A stretch of DNA of 64,000 nucleotides from positions 4,776,001 through 4,840,000 of the forward strand of contig NC_086109.1 of the NCBI RefSeq assembly GCF_963921235.1, read 5' to 3'. This document shows positions 34,720-48,334 of the stretch, piece after piece (within the stretch, counting starts at the first letter, position 1; every line of letters starts with the position of its first letter). The stretch comes from Mobula hypostoma (Eukaryota). A program made the position numbers and the translations under genes. A model generated the notes under the pieces. It made no database searches, was not told the DNA's origin, and was given only the letters and a program-made list of their open reading frames with translations.

Positions 34720-35420
34720 AGCCGTCCCCACTCATCCCTCCAAACAGCCCAAGTGCTACACCTAGCCATTCACCTCCATTCAGGGCCCCAGGCAGTCCTT
34801 CCAAGTGAGGCAACACTTCACCTATGAATCTGCTGGGGCCGTCTATTGAGTCCAGTGGTCCCAATGCGGCATTCTCTACCTGTTGTAAATTGGAGGACTG
34901 CTCCATCGAGCACCTCTGCTCCATCCACCAAAAGTGTAACTGTCTGGTGGCCGAATATTTTTATTCTGATTCCCATTTCTGTTCCAAGATGTCGGTCCAT
35001 GGCCTCTTCTTGCGTTATGATGAGGCCACCCTCAGGGTTGAGGAGCAATATTCCGTCTGGCCCAACCTGGTGGTATGAATATTGATTTTTCTTTGCGGTA
35101 AAAAAATTTCCCTCCCCCTCCCCTCTTCTTTTTCCACTCTTGCCTCTTCTCATCTGCCCATCACCTCTCCTCCTTCCCTTTCTTCTATGGTCCACTCTGT
35201 TCTCCAATCAGAATCCTTCCTTTCCAACCTTTTACCTTTCCCATCCACTTGGCTTCACCTATCAGCTTGTCCTCCTTCCCCTGCCCCACCTTTTAATTCC
35301 GTCATTTTCTCTCTTCCTTTCCAATCCTGAAGAAGGGTCGTGGCCCAAAATGGCGACTGTTTATTCATCTGCATAGATGCTGCCTGACCTGCTAAGTTCC
35401 TGCAACATCTCGTGTGTGTT
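34720..35420 (+). mobile_element. Penelope-like element 3' fragment
   Basis: Same GIY-YIG remnant and terminal repeat as the other copies. Confidence 0.7.
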
Positions 35421-35644
35421 GATCTGGTCACCACATGAGGAGGAGGCTTTGGAGAGGGCATAGAAGAGATCCGTGGACTATAGAGAACAAAGTGGGTGGT
35501 TTTCTCTGTAACATCAGAGGCTGAGGGTGAGACCTAATAGAAGTTTGTAGAATTAAAAAAATCACAGTAAAGACAGACAAGAATGTTTTGGTGGATGGGG
35601 TTTAACCAAAGAAAAACTCAGAGGTTGGTTACTTTAACAGATAA

Positions 35645-35650
35645 TTTATT
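35645..35650 (-). terminator. Candidate polyadenylation signal AATAAA ending a long (~6.3 kb) PFKFB 3' UTR
   Basis: AATAAA followed by a U/GU-rich tract at the end of a largely unique AT-rich stretch below the stop codon; other signals are possible. Confidence 0.35.
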
Positions 35651-37646
35651 CTTTTAATCTGATTACATGTTCCCTTTGTGATTTAGGCACAAAAATTAGC
35701 AGTATAACCATGGCTATAAAGCATAATTATATCTGTCCACATACTCATGTCACACAATGCTATCGTTACAGAAAAGTGGAAAGGTTAAATGTTCAAACAG
35801 TAACTTTAAATTAAAAAAGCTCTGGATATTATTTATTTCACTAGATTTTGTAAAACAGAGAATATTACTTCTCCAGTTTGAGACTTTAATCCTTGAAACT
35901 TATTCATTTTACTAAACAATTATTCCATTCAACACCGTTCAAAAGACCCTAAATGCAGCCACTTAAAACAACACGGTTGTGTTTTGTACTGTTACCTTTA
36001 TGTCACAATAATAAATTTACAACTTTTACAGTAATTTGTACATTACTTTGGGAGTCTGTACACTGTGCGTTTGGACGTTAGGCATCCCTTGTGTCTCAAG
36101 TCTATAAACAAGGCATTTGAGATATCTTGCACATATGGTCACACTTCCGGGTGACGCTCAAGTATTTCACAAGAACTACAACTGGCAGGGCCTGCTTTCC
36201 CAGATTAGCATGGTGGGGAACAATAAATTACTAGGATTGGACCATTTGATAAACGGAAGGCAATTGAGGATCAGCAGACTGGAAAAATGATGGCAGATTT
36301 CATCTGCTGGAAGATATTAGTGAACTAAATGGGTTCTTGGATAAGATGCTGATTGCACGGTTATTTCTACTGAGACTGGTTTTCATTAGGAACAGGAATG
36401 TCCCCGGGGTCCTTCGAGATCAAAATCATGGCTGATCTTCCCCCTCAGATCCATTTACTTGCCCTCTGCCCAAATTCTTCAATACCCTAATACCCTCAAT
36501 ATTCAGAGTTCTGTTGATATTTTGTTTGAAATTTAGTAACAAAGCCTCCACACCCTCTAGGAACGAGAATTTCAAAGGTTCCCCACCTCCATTGTGAAGA
36601 GGCTTGTCCTGAGACTGTGACCTTTGCAAGAATTTCCATCTCTCACCAGCCCCTGGGATGGGACTTGAATTTCTGTCCCTGGACAAGTGATCCAAAACTC
36701 TGACTCTTGGCCTGGTGAGGCCTGGTTCCTGGCCCCCCAACCACTACCCTGGAGGGTCAACCAAATCCTACTGTCAAAAACTCCTTCCCATTTCCATTGC
36801 TTTTGAGGAAATTAATGAATTATTTGCAATATACATTCACATATGTTAGGAGTAAACTCGATATTGAACAAAATCAGCCTCTGACACAAAATAACTCTAA
36901 TTTTCACTCCCTCACAGAAGGGTAACTTTTTTTTAACAATCATACTGAAGAAAAATTTGGAACAAACTGTAAAATCAGCACAATGAAATTGCATGACAAA
37001 GTGCCACAAGGTTCATTAACATTCATAAATGTCACAGTGTGTACAGTTCAAACTCAATAAAAAAACAAGCTGTACAGGTGAAGTTGGCTCTCCTAAATAT
37101 CAGACTTCGGAAAGAAATAATTACGTAGTAAACACAAGTGATTCTGCAGATGCTGGAAATCCAGAGCAACACGCACAAATTGCTGAAGGAACTCAGCAGG
37201 TCGGGCAGTGTCTATGAAGAGGAACAAACAGTAAACGTTCCAGGCCAAGACCTGTCTTCAGGACTGGAGGAGATGGGGGGAGGTGCCAGAATAAATAAAA
37301 GTGGAGGAAGGGGAAGGAAGGTAAGCTGGATGTTGATAGGTGATGGCAGGTGGGTGGGAAAGGAAGGAATCTGATAGGAGAAGAGAGTGGATGATAGGAG
37401 AAAGGGAAGGAGGAGTGATATCGGGGGTGGAGATAGGTATAGTCGAGATAGCCATGGAAATTGGTAGGTTTATGAAAGATGTCGGTAGACGGTTAAGTAG
37501 TGCTGTGAAGTGTGTAGAGGTAGTTTGTGCTCATTTCCACCTCACTGACAGGATACAGCATGTTGCAGGTTATTCCCTCTATAACTGACCTCACTCCATC
37601 CCAAATTACCATGGAAATAGATCTGCCTATCAGTACACAATAAGAA

Positions 37647-37729
37647 CAGGGGTTCCCAAACTGGGATCCACGGACCCCTCGGTTAATGGAAGGGGTCCAT
37701 GGCATTAAAAAAAAAGGTGGGAACCCCTG
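37647..37729. mobile_element. ~80-bp hAT-like MITE; other copies near 4316-4395, 34462-34529, 39657-39737, 40091-40170
   Basis: CAGGGGTTCCCA...TGGGAACCCCTG terminal inverted repeats. Confidence 0.7.
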
Positions 37730-38174
37730 GATAAGAGTAAGCTTTATGAAATAGCTTCTGTGGAACTGCATGCTCTAAATCCAGCAAACAAAACAGGAGG
37801 AAATGTACCTCTGAGGGTGACACTTGCACAGTTCTGACCGCCAGATTGACCGAGCCTTTACAATGCTGCTGCTGAATCTTAAAAATCCTCCCCTTTCTAA
37901 CAGGCTCCTGGACGTCGGAAATCTTGGCACAAATCAGCTCCACTCAACACAAGGTGATTTCCTAATCAGTAGTTAACTATTCATACTGACTGCACTGAGA
38001 GGTAACTGCTAGTATTAAGTAATAAGCAATTATTGGTTTTTAGTTAACAGATCATCAGGGAAGAGCTACAGGAGCCTGACAACACACACTCAACATTTTA
38101 GGAACAACAACTTCTCCTCCATCATCAGATTCTGAATGGTTAATAAACCCATGGACATTACCTACTGATCTCCA

Positions 38175-38505
38175 CATCACTGAGGCTCTCTGGGATTACC
38201 TGGAGAACCAGGAGCCAGCGAGACAGGCAAAGTCTGCAGAAGAACTGTGGTAAGTTCTCCAAGATGCTTGGAACAACCTACCAGCTGATTTTCTTATAAA
38301 ACTGCACAACAGCGTATCTAAGAGAATTGATGCAGTTTTAAAGGCAAACGGTGGTCACACCAAATATTGATTTGATTTAGTTTTTTATTGTTTGCTGCCC
38401 TTTATAGTAATTTTTTGATATTTAGAAACTATTCATTTCATTTTTGAAAGCATCTTCACTTGACAGAATTTTTTTACATGTGCGTAAGACTTTTGCACAG
38501 TACTG
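38175..38505 (+). mobile_element. Tc1 3' end fragment
   Basis: Remnant of the transposase C-terminus (KANGGHTKY*) and a TIR ending TTTTGCACAGTACTG-TA. Confidence 0.6.
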
Positions 38506-40339
38506 TATTTTATATATATATTTCTTACTGTAATTTATAGTTTAAAGTAATGCGGAACAACAAATCCCACAACATATGTCAGTGATATTAAACTTGAATC
38601 TGACACACGGCTACATTTTTATTTTCAGCAGTTCATTGCTTCTTTTAATTATGTTAATGCTGTGGTTAAAAACCTTTAGAACAATTTAAATTCACTGTGT
38701 AAACTGTCTTCCTCTCAGCTGAATTCACCTATCACCTTCTAGCTACCCTCCTTCCCCTCCCTCCACTTTTTTGTTCTGGCTTCTTTCCACTTCCTTTCCA
38801 ATCCTGACCTGCAGAGTTCCTCCAGCATTTTGTGTGTGTTGCTCTGAATTTATGGCCACGTCCACTATGTTTAAACCCACAGGTTTCCCCGCTACAATTC
38901 GCTGCCACCATGACCTGGGGTTCCCAGCCAGCTCACAGTCTATGGCATAAAAACAGTTGGGACACCCTACTTTAGACAGAGCAATGCAAAAGACAAAAAC
39001 AGAACAAACAGAATGAAGAAAAGAACAAAGCACTTCAACACAGTGCTGTGATTTCTGCCAAAAAAACCCACTTACACTGATTATCAATAGAAAATATGAA
39101 ACACCACGAATCACAAAACAAAATGAAGGCCTCTTACAATGAAATTAGAACATAGGACAGTACTGCCCAGGGGCAGGCCTTTAGCTCACCATGTCTGCAT
39201 AGCGCATGATGCCAAATTAAACTAATACCCCTCTGCCTGACCCCATGTCTGTCAAAATACATCTTAAATGCTGCTATCACTTTCACTTCCACCACCTCCC
39301 TTGGCAGTATGTACAGTACCAGGTACCAACCTCCCTTGTGGAAACAAAATTGTTTATTAATTCATTTTATTTTGGGGAAGAGACAGCAACATTTCTGAAA
39401 CAAAACTCAGCAGCTGCAGGAAAACTGATAAAATTATTGTTCAAGTGTTAAATACCTTTAAACTCTGGCTGTGTACTTACTAAATGAGGATGTGCTGGCA
39501 TTGGATAGGATCCAGAGGAGGCCCATGAGAAAGATTCCGGGAAAGAACAGATTAACATATGAGGAGCGTTTGATGTCTCTGGGCCTGTACTTGCTGGAGT
39601 TTAGAAGAATGAAAGGGGATCTCATTGAAACCTACCAAATATTGAAAGGCCTAGATCAGGGGAACCCCAACCATTTTTATGCCATGGAGGTCTTACCATT
39701 AACTGAGCAGCCATGGACCCCAGGTTGTGAACTCCTGGCTTAAATAGGAGTAGATGTGGAGTGGATGTTTCCTATAGTGGTTGAGTCTAGGACCAGACAG
39801 CACAGCCTCAGAATACAAAGATGTTCCTTTAGGACAGAGATGAGGAGAAATGTCTTTAGCCAGATGGGGGTGAATCTGTGGAATTCATTGCCCTGGACAG
39901 CTGTGGAGGCCAGGTCAATGGGTTTATTTAAAGTTGAGGTTGATGAGTTCTGGATTAGGCAGGGCATCAAAGGTTATGGGGAGAAGGCAGGAGAATGAGG
40001 TTGAGAGAGAAAATAAATCAGTCATGATTGAATGGTGGAAAAGACTTGATAGGCCGAATGATCCAATTCTGCTTTTATTCTGTCATAGGCCAGGGGTTCC
40101 TAACCCTTTTTATGTCATGGACCCCTGTCGTTAACTGAGGGGTCTGTGGACACCAGGTTGGGAACCCCTGGTCTTATGGTATCCTCTCATTCTTCTAATG
40201 TAAAGAACACAGATCCAGCTCTTACCTATTTAACATACAGTAATCTTACTTAATTATCTGTTGTGCTTGCGTTTGCCAAAGCTTCTTATACTCATTCAAA
40301 ATAAAACAAACTGAACAGGGCCAATCATAAATCTTGGAA

Positions 40340-40919
40340 ACGCAAACACGAGGAAATCTGCAGATGCTGGAAATTCAAGCAACACACATCAAAGTTGCTG
40401 GTGAACGCAGCAGGCCAGGCAGCATCTCTAGGAAGAGGTACAGTCGATGTTTTGGGCTGAGACCCTTCGTCAGGACTAACTGAAGGAAGAGCTAGTAAGA
40501 GATTTGAAAGTGGGAGGGGAGGGGGAGATCCGAAATGATAGGAGAAGACAGGAGGGGGAGGGATGGAGCCAAGAGCTGGACAGGTGATTGGCAAAAGGGA
40601 TATGAGAGGATCATGGGACAGGAGGCCCAGGGAGAAAGAAAAAGGGGAGGGGGGGAAAACCCAGAGGATGGGCAAGGAGTATAGTGAGAGGGACAGCGGG
40701 AGAAAAAGGAGAGAGAGAAAAAGAATGTGTGTATATAAATAAATAACGGATGGGGTACGAGGGGGAGGTGGGGCATTAGCGGAAGTTTGAGAAGTCAATG
40801 TTCATGCCATCAGGTTGGAGTTAGTCCTGACGAAGGGTCTCGGCCGGAAACGTCAACTGTACCTCTTCCTAGAGATGCTGCCTGGCCTCTGCGTTCACCA
40901 GCAACCTTGATATGTGTTG
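40340..40919 (-). mobile_element. Penelope-like element fragment with inverted terminal-repeat piece and 14-bp TSD
   Basis: CATAAATCTTGGAA at 40326-40339 and 40920-40933; 40821-40919 is an inverted copy of ~40378-40479. Confidence 0.8.
40822..40859 (+). ncRNA. Minimal hammerhead ribozyme copy in an inverted Penelope terminal repeat
   Basis: CUGACGA...GAAACGUC core retained, two substitutions in stems. Confidence 0.6.
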
Positions 40920-41927
40920 CATAAATCTTGGAAGTGTTTTAAATGACTACAAAAATATCTTACGTATTTAAACACAATATCATTCTCCGATGTAACAGAC
41001 TAGCTCATAGTTCCTTCCATGGAAGTTAAAACTTCTGAAATATAAATAAGGTTTTATAATACATTTTAAATCTGTCAAAATAATGCAAAAATAAATAAAT
41101 GAAGGGAAATGCATCAAATAATGATGAAGCACAAAAATTGCTTGCACTAATAGACTAGATTAATAAGGTTTAAATATTTTGGTTTGGTTCAGGAGCGCTC
41201 TCTCAGCTTTGGAAAACATCACATATTTGTGCTTTTAGAAAAAACTTAAATGGTAAAGAATTGTTTTGGAATTTTGTGATAAAACTACAACCAGAGAAGG
41301 ACAATACTGTGTGCTCAAAGTTGTGCACTACTGAATGCTTTAAATAATCCAGGTTAGTCCCCAAGTTTACTACCTGAAGCACTCTGCATCGTGCAGCAAG
41401 CTTATTTGATCCAGGAGCAAATAAGATTGGTCAGTTTCCTATGCACTTTATTCAAATTTTAAAAGCTGTGTTCTTAAAGCAAAATAAGTGATGGCTTTCA
41501 TAAAGTATATTACCAACAGTTTTCTCTGCATAAATTTTTTTTTTAAACTTTGTGTCTTTTGAGTTTCTTGATTACCAAGGTAAATTCAAGCTCAGGACCA
41601 ATCAATCAGTGAAAATATTTTTTTTCACGTTTCATAAGGCAGTGGCCATATTGACAGCTTACAGAAGGGTAAATGACTGTTAGCCTTGAAACTTTTCTTC
41701 CGACAGGCAGCCAGCAGACGATATATAATTTACCTCAGCCACAGGAAACGCTTTCAAAATGTTCTTAATACCACAATGATACAAAATATGTCAGATAATT
41801 GCACATGACCAAAGTACGTCCAAAACAATTCTCAGATTACTTTACTGCCTTGTGGATTGCAATCGTCTCCTTTAAAACAAGAGTCTAGCAGTTTCACTGG
41901 GTCCAATTTGACGGGATTTAATGGTAT

Positions 41928-42005
41928 TTATGGCACAGTTTCCAATATTTTATGGTGGGGAACAGTGCTCAGTGCCTCCTCTCGTGTACGAGTTAATGAA
42001 ACATT
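41928..42005 (-). CDS. PFKFB2: Terminal coding exon of a 6-phosphofructo-2-kinase/fructose-2,6-bisphosphatase (NVSLTRTREEALSTVPHHKILETVP*); paralog assignment from synteny only
   Basis: Strong acceptor ctctctttctcttccacag, phase 0. The peptide resembles the NVDIxRxPEEALxTVPAH C-terminus of PFKFB1/PFKFB4. Same-strand position upstream of an RCA gene mirrors tetrapod PFKFB2-RCA linkage. No other PFKFB exons were found in the window. Confidence 0.7.
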   Translation of the reverse strand, partial: NVSLTRTREEALSTVPHHKILETVP

Positions 42006-42059
42006 CTGTGGAAGAGAAAGAGAGTGAATAGATGTCACAATGATTTTTTGGGTTTAGAA

Positions 42060-43205
42060 AGATATTTGAAGAGATACTTTATACTTTATTGTCGCCAAAC
42101 AACTGGTACTAGAACGTACAATCATCACAGTGATATTTGATTCTGCGCTTCCCACTCCCTGGATTACAAATATTAAATATTAAAATATTAAAAATAGTTA
42201 AAATTAGTAAATATTAAAAATTTAAATTATAAATCATAAATAGAAAAATGGAAAGTAAGGTAGTGCAAAAAAAAAACCGAGAGGCAGGTCCGGATATTTG
42301 GAGGGTACGGCCCAGATCCGGGTCAGGATCCGTTCAGCAGTCTTATCACAGTTGGAAAGAAGCTGTTCCCAAATCTGGCCATACGAGTCTTCAAGCTCCT
42401 GAACCTTCTCCCAGAGGGCAGAGGGACGAAAAGTTTGTTGGCTGGGTGGGCTGTGTCCTTGATTATCCTGGCAGCACTGCTCCAACAGCGTGCAGTGTAA
42501 AGTGAGTCCATGGACGGAAGATTGGTTTGTGTGATGTACTGCGCTGTGTTCACGATCTGTAGCTTCTTTCGGTCTTGGACAGGACAACTTCCATACCAGG
42601 TTGTGATACACTCTAGAAGAATGCTTTCTACGGTGCATCTATAAAAATTAGTGAGGGTTTTAGGGGACAGGCCAAATTCCTTTAGTTTTCTCAGGAAGTA
42701 AAGGCGCTGGTGGGCCTTCTTGGCAGTGAACTCTGCTTGGCTGGACCAAGTCAGGTCATTTGTGATATTGACCCCGAGGAACTTAAAGCTTTTGACCTGT
42801 TCCACTTGCGCACCACTGATGTAAATTGGGTTGTGCGGTTCGCTACTCCTTCTGAAGTCAACAACCAATTCCTTCATCTTGCTGACATTGAGGGATAGGT
42901 TATTGTCTTCGCACCATGCCACCAGGTTCTTAGTTTCCTCTCTGTACTCAAACTCATCATTACCCGAGATATGGCCTGCAATTGTTTCGTCATCAGCAAA
43001 CTTATATATTGAGTGTGATGGAAACTTGGCTACGCAATCATGGGTGTACAGTGAGTACAGCAGGGGGCTGAGTACACAGCCTTGTGGGGCACCGCTGTTC
43101 AGAGTGATGGTAGAGGAGAGCTTGTCCCCTATTTTTACAGCCTGGGTCCTGACTGTGAGGAAGTTGAAGATCCAGCTGCAGATCTGAGTGCTAAGGCCCA
43201 GGTTC
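42060..43205 (-). mobile_element. Rex1/Babar-like LINE 3' fragment
   Basis: [55 protein letters not shown]. Confidence 0.88.
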
Positions 43206-46200
43206 CAGATACAACATGCATCATGCCCATCCAGCCAAGGAGCCCACACCGCCCAATTACAAATGTGACCAATTTCTAACCCGTACGCCACTGAAATGTG
43301 GGAGGGGGGAAAGCTGGAGGCTGTGCATGTGGTGACAGGGAGAAGGTACAAACTCCTTACAGTGACAGTATTTAACCCAGATTACTGGCGCTGTAATAGT
43401 GTTACTCTAACTTCTACACTAATTGTGCCACACTAATTCCGAAGAGATACAGTGCATTCCAGTTAATTGGGACACATCAAGACCAGTACAGCCCAATTAA
43501 GTGGCTTCCCCAATTAGCTGAAGTTTCATGGCACCCTAAAACCAGTCACTTCAGGCAGATGGGGCTCATCAGCTGAGGTTGGCAGTTCATCGAGGAGAAG
43601 GAAAGCTCTGATCTCAACCCTCCACCGCCTTGTGGTGTGTCGGTTTCTGTCGTTTATTTGGATTCATCGTCTGCACGGAGAGGGAGAGCCTGCTGCATGG
43701 GCAACAGTTTGCTCTCCAGATTGTACTGCCCAGGCTGGCATATGATGCAGATAACTGGGACACAACTTCCGTGATCAGCCTTGACCAATGAAAGGCTTCC
43801 TCAGCCGACCAAGTTAATGCCAATTAAGTTGGGCTGGAGAAGCAGGGGCAGGGGTAGAGTTTGTGTGGGCGCACTTTCCAAGGAAAGAGAATCAGTGAAA
43901 TAGTTTCTTCATAAAGCACAAACTGTTCTGAGAGGAGCTTTTGGAATGAGGAAGAAACCGGAGCACTCAGAGGAAACCCATGCGGTCTTGGGGAGAACAT
44001 ACTAACTCCTTACATATTGAACCTGGGTCACCAATGCTGTAACAGCATTACATTAACCACTATGCTCCAGTAAACAATCCTTTGATTTAAGAACACCCAC
44101 CTCCCCCATTCAAACAATAAAAAAAACATATTTCCTAAATGACTTCCCTTGCTGAACAGAACTTTCCACTGATTGCTTGAAACATAGTCTCTCCCCGCAG
44201 ACAGTGGTTCTAATTTGATGTTCGTCCTACTGTGATGAGCAGGTGGAGTGAAGCACTGTTTGCCATGGATGAGCCAACCTCAACAAACATTTGTCATGCT
44301 CCACAGCCAAAGAGACAGGTTTCACTCCATCTTCCTAGATAGAGTGAACATGGAGAGGATGTTTTCTACAGCGAGGGAGTCTAGGACCAGAGAGTACAGC
44401 CTCCAAATACAAGAACATCCCTTTAGAACAGAGATGAGGAGGAATTTCTTTAGCTGGGTGGTAAATCTGTGAAATTCATTGCCACAGACAGTTGTGGAGG
44501 CCAAGCCATTGGGTGTTTTTTTTTGAAGTGGAGTATGATAGGTTCTTGATTGGAAAGGGCATCAAACATAACTGGGAGAATGCAGCAGAGTGGGATTGTT
44601 CGTTTGTTGTGTGTCGTATGATCATGGTCTTTCCACGATCGTGACTGCTCTTGCCAAATTTTTCTGCAGAAGTGGTTCGTCATTTTCTGTACAAGGTGGG
44701 TGACTCCAGCCATTATCAACACTTTTCAGAGACTGTCTGCCTGGTATCAATGGTCGCATAACCAGGACTTGTGATATGCCCCAGCTGCTCATACGACCAT
44801 CCACCACCTGCTCCCATGGCTTCACATGACCCTGATCGGGGGCTAAGCAGGTGCTACACCTTGTCCAAGGGTGATCTGCAGGCTAGCAAAGGGAAGGAGC
44901 GCCTTACACCTCCTTTGGTAGAGATGTATCTCCACCCTGCCGCCCAGAGTGGGGTTGAGAGGGATAATAAATCTGTAAATCAGCCATGATGGAATGGTGG
45001 AACAGACTTGATGGGCCGAATGGCCTAACTCTGCTCCAATGTCTTGAGGTCTTCACCATCACTGGAAGATATAGTGAGGGAGTCTAAAACTAGAGTGCAC
45101 AGGTTGAAAGTAAAAGTGGAAATATTTAAAGGGGACCTAAGGAACAAGTTTTTTCACACAGAGAGTGGTGAGGATATGGAACGAGCTGCCAGAAGAAGTG
45201 GTAGAGGGGGACACAATCACTTGGATACGTACATTTTTTGTGTGAGCGGGGATTTGGGGGTGTCGATGTTACCGTCGCTGTTCTTTTTTGCGAGTGAAAG
45301 GCTTGGGGATTGTTATTGTCGCAGATTTTTTTCTCTGAGTGAGGGGATCAGGGGTTGTTATTTTCCCTGTTTTTTTCTCCGGGGAGGGGTGGGGGATTTG
45401 ATACTATTGTTGCTGTTCTTTTTCTGGGGGGGGGTGGGAGGTTTTGGGATTTGTGAGTTTTTTTCTTCTTCTTTTTCATGTTGGGGGGGAGCTATTGTCT
45501 TTTCTTTCAACAATCCCATGGTCTTTCTGTATTTCATGGCTATCTGGAGAAGATAAATATCAGAGTGTATTGTACATGCATACTTTGACAAGAAAATGAA
45601 ACTTTGAACCATTGAACATGGATGGATAAGGGTGAGGGATATAGACAATGCAGGCAAATGGGACTGGCCCATGTAGGCAACTTGCTCAGCATGGGTGGGT
45701 TGCACCAAAGGGCCTGTTTCTGTACTTTTAAGACTCTGTGACACTGGTCTTTCCCATTTATGACCACCCCATGTTCATAAGCTGGAATCTGCACCTTCAA
45801 CCACCCAATATTTCAGTAAATTGAACTAAATCCAGGCCAGAAACAGAAGGCTGGTAACTGTCTCACAGAAATTAGGTCCACGGTTAGTACAGTCAATGGT
45901 TCAACGGTTCAATTTAATAGTGTATCAGAGAACGTATACGGTATACAACCTGAAATTCTTACTCTTTGCAGACATCCACCAAACAGAAAAAAACTGCAAA
46001 GAATGAATGACAGAAAACGTAGAACCTCAAAGCCCCCCTCCCACGCACAAGCAGCCGCAAAAGCCTCAACCCTCCCCCACCTACTCCAACAAAAGCACCA
46101 ACCCAACCCCCCAATGTGTAAGCAATAGAAATCCCCCCCCCCCGAGACCCTGATCTAGAGGCCATCAAAACCACTGTTCATCCCAACTCTTCAACAGTTC

Positions 46201-46426
46201 AGACAGTTTATCGCAATCTAGGCTCTGTTACAGGATATTACATTCATATGAAGTAACAAACATTCACATGAAAGAACAAACTTATGAAAGTCAAAAAGCA
46301 GCAGATACTGTGAACCTGAAACACAAATAAAAAATGCTGAACTGAAAATAAATAATGAACTATCCACAGGAAAGGGATTTCTAACATCCTCTACACTGCA
46401 GACTCGTGCTGTCTTCAAAACATATA

Positions 46427-48162
46427 CAGTAGCATGCAAAGGTTTGGGCACCCCGGTCAAAATTTCTGTTACTGTGAATAGCTAAGCAAGTAAAAGATGA
46501 ACTAATTTCCAAAAGGCATAAGGTTAAAGATGACACATTTCTGTAATATTTTAAGCAAGAAAGCTTTTTTGTTTCCATCTTTTACAGTTTCAAAATAACA
46601 GAAAAGGAAAAGGGCCCGAAGCAAAAGTTTGGGCACCCTGCATGGCAGTACATAGTAACACCCCCTTTGGCAAGTATCACAGCTTGTAAACACTTTCTGT
46701 AGCCAGCTGAGAGTCTTTCAATTCTTATTTGGGGGATTTTCGCCCATTCTTCCTTGCAAAAGGCTTCTAGTTCTGTGAGATTCTTGGGCTGTCTTGCATG
46801 CACTGTTGTCTTGAGGTCTACCCACAGATTCTTGATGATGTTTAGGTCGGGGGACTGTAAGGGCCATGGCAAAACCTTCAGCTTGTGCCTCTTGAGGTAG
46901 TCCATTGTGGATTTTGGGGTGTGTTTAGGATCATTATCTACACTACGCGCTGATTTTGTTCATTGCGGACACTGGATGAATTTCTCCATCAATAACTTTG
47001 AGGAACTAATACACAGTTTTATAGTACTGTACTGCTATTGTTACCCAGTTTGTCTTTTTTCTACCTTTTTAACTATTTCCATGAAACTTCGGCGAATTAG
47101 GGCAGCACTTAATTGGGCCAAAATGTGCTGGTCTTGATGTGTCCAGTTATCTGGAATCCACTGTATTTACAAAAAGCTAGTGCAAAAGAGAGAGGGGAAA
47201 AAAGTCGTGAGGTCATGTTTATGGACCGTTCAGAAATCTGATGGTGGAGGGGAAAAAGCTGGTCCTAAAGCATTGAGTGTGTGTTTTCAGGCTCCTGTAC
47301 CTCCTCTAAAAGTTCTATTTTAACTTCATCAGTCCACAGGACTTGTTTCCAAAAATGCATTAGGCTTGCTTAGATGTTGCTTTGAACCTTTTGAATAGAA
47401 CTTTTTGGCCGCAATGAGCAAAGGTATGTTTGGAGAAAAAAGGGTGTAGAATTTCATGAAAAGAACCCCTCTCCAACTGTTAAGCACGGGGCTGGATCGA
47501 TCATGCTTTGGTTTTGTGTTGCAGCCAGTGGCACAGGGAACATTTCACTGGTAGAGGGAAGAATGAATTCAATTAAATACCAGCAAATTCTGAAAGCAAA
47601 CATCACACGTAAAAAAGTCGAAGATGAAAAGAGGATGGCTTCTACAACAGGATAATGATCTTAAGCACACCTCAAAATGGACAATGGACTACCTCAAGAG
47701 GCGCAAGCTGAAGGTTTTGCCATGGCCCTCACAGTCCCCCAACCGAAACATCATGGAGAATCTGTGGATAAACCTCAAGAGAGCAGTGAATGCAAGACAG
47801 CCCAAGAATCTCACAGAACTAGAGGCCTTTTGCAAGGACGAATGGGCGAAAATCCCCCAAACAAGAATTGAAAGACTCTCAGCTGGCTACAGAAAGTGTT
47901 TACAAGCTGTGATACTTGCCAAACAGGGTGTTACTAAGTTCTGCCATGCAGGGTGCCCAAACTCTTGTTTTGGGCCCTTTTCCTTTTTTGTTATTTTGAA
48001 ACCGTAAAAGATGGAAAATAAAAAGTTTTCTTGCTTAAAATATTAAGGAAATGTGTCATCTTTAACTTTATGCCTATTGGAAATTAGTTCATCTTTTACT
48101 CGCTTAGCTATTCACAGTAACAGAAATTTTGACCGGGGTGCCCAAACTTTTGCATACCACTG
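46427..48162. mobile_element. Rearranged Tc1/mariner element with two inverted transposase 3' ends
   Basis: TA-CAGT...ACTG-TA termini; LQQDND, WPSQSP, NLW on both strands (ORFs 46582-46905 minus, 47624-48007 plus). Confidence 0.85.
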
Positions 48163-48334
48163 TATACTGTTGATTACCAGAAGATTATCATGGAGGAGGC
48201 ACAGGAGCCTGAAAACACACACTCAATGCTTTAGGACCAGCTTTTTCCCCTCCACCGTCAGATTTCTGAACAGTCCATAAACATGACCTCACCATTTTTT
48301 TCTCTCTCTCTTTTGCACTTGCTTTTTGTAAATA

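Noticed and set aside
46582..48007. Functional Tc1 transposase
   Set aside because: Only C-terminal fragments with substitutions in catalytic motifs; no N-terminus.
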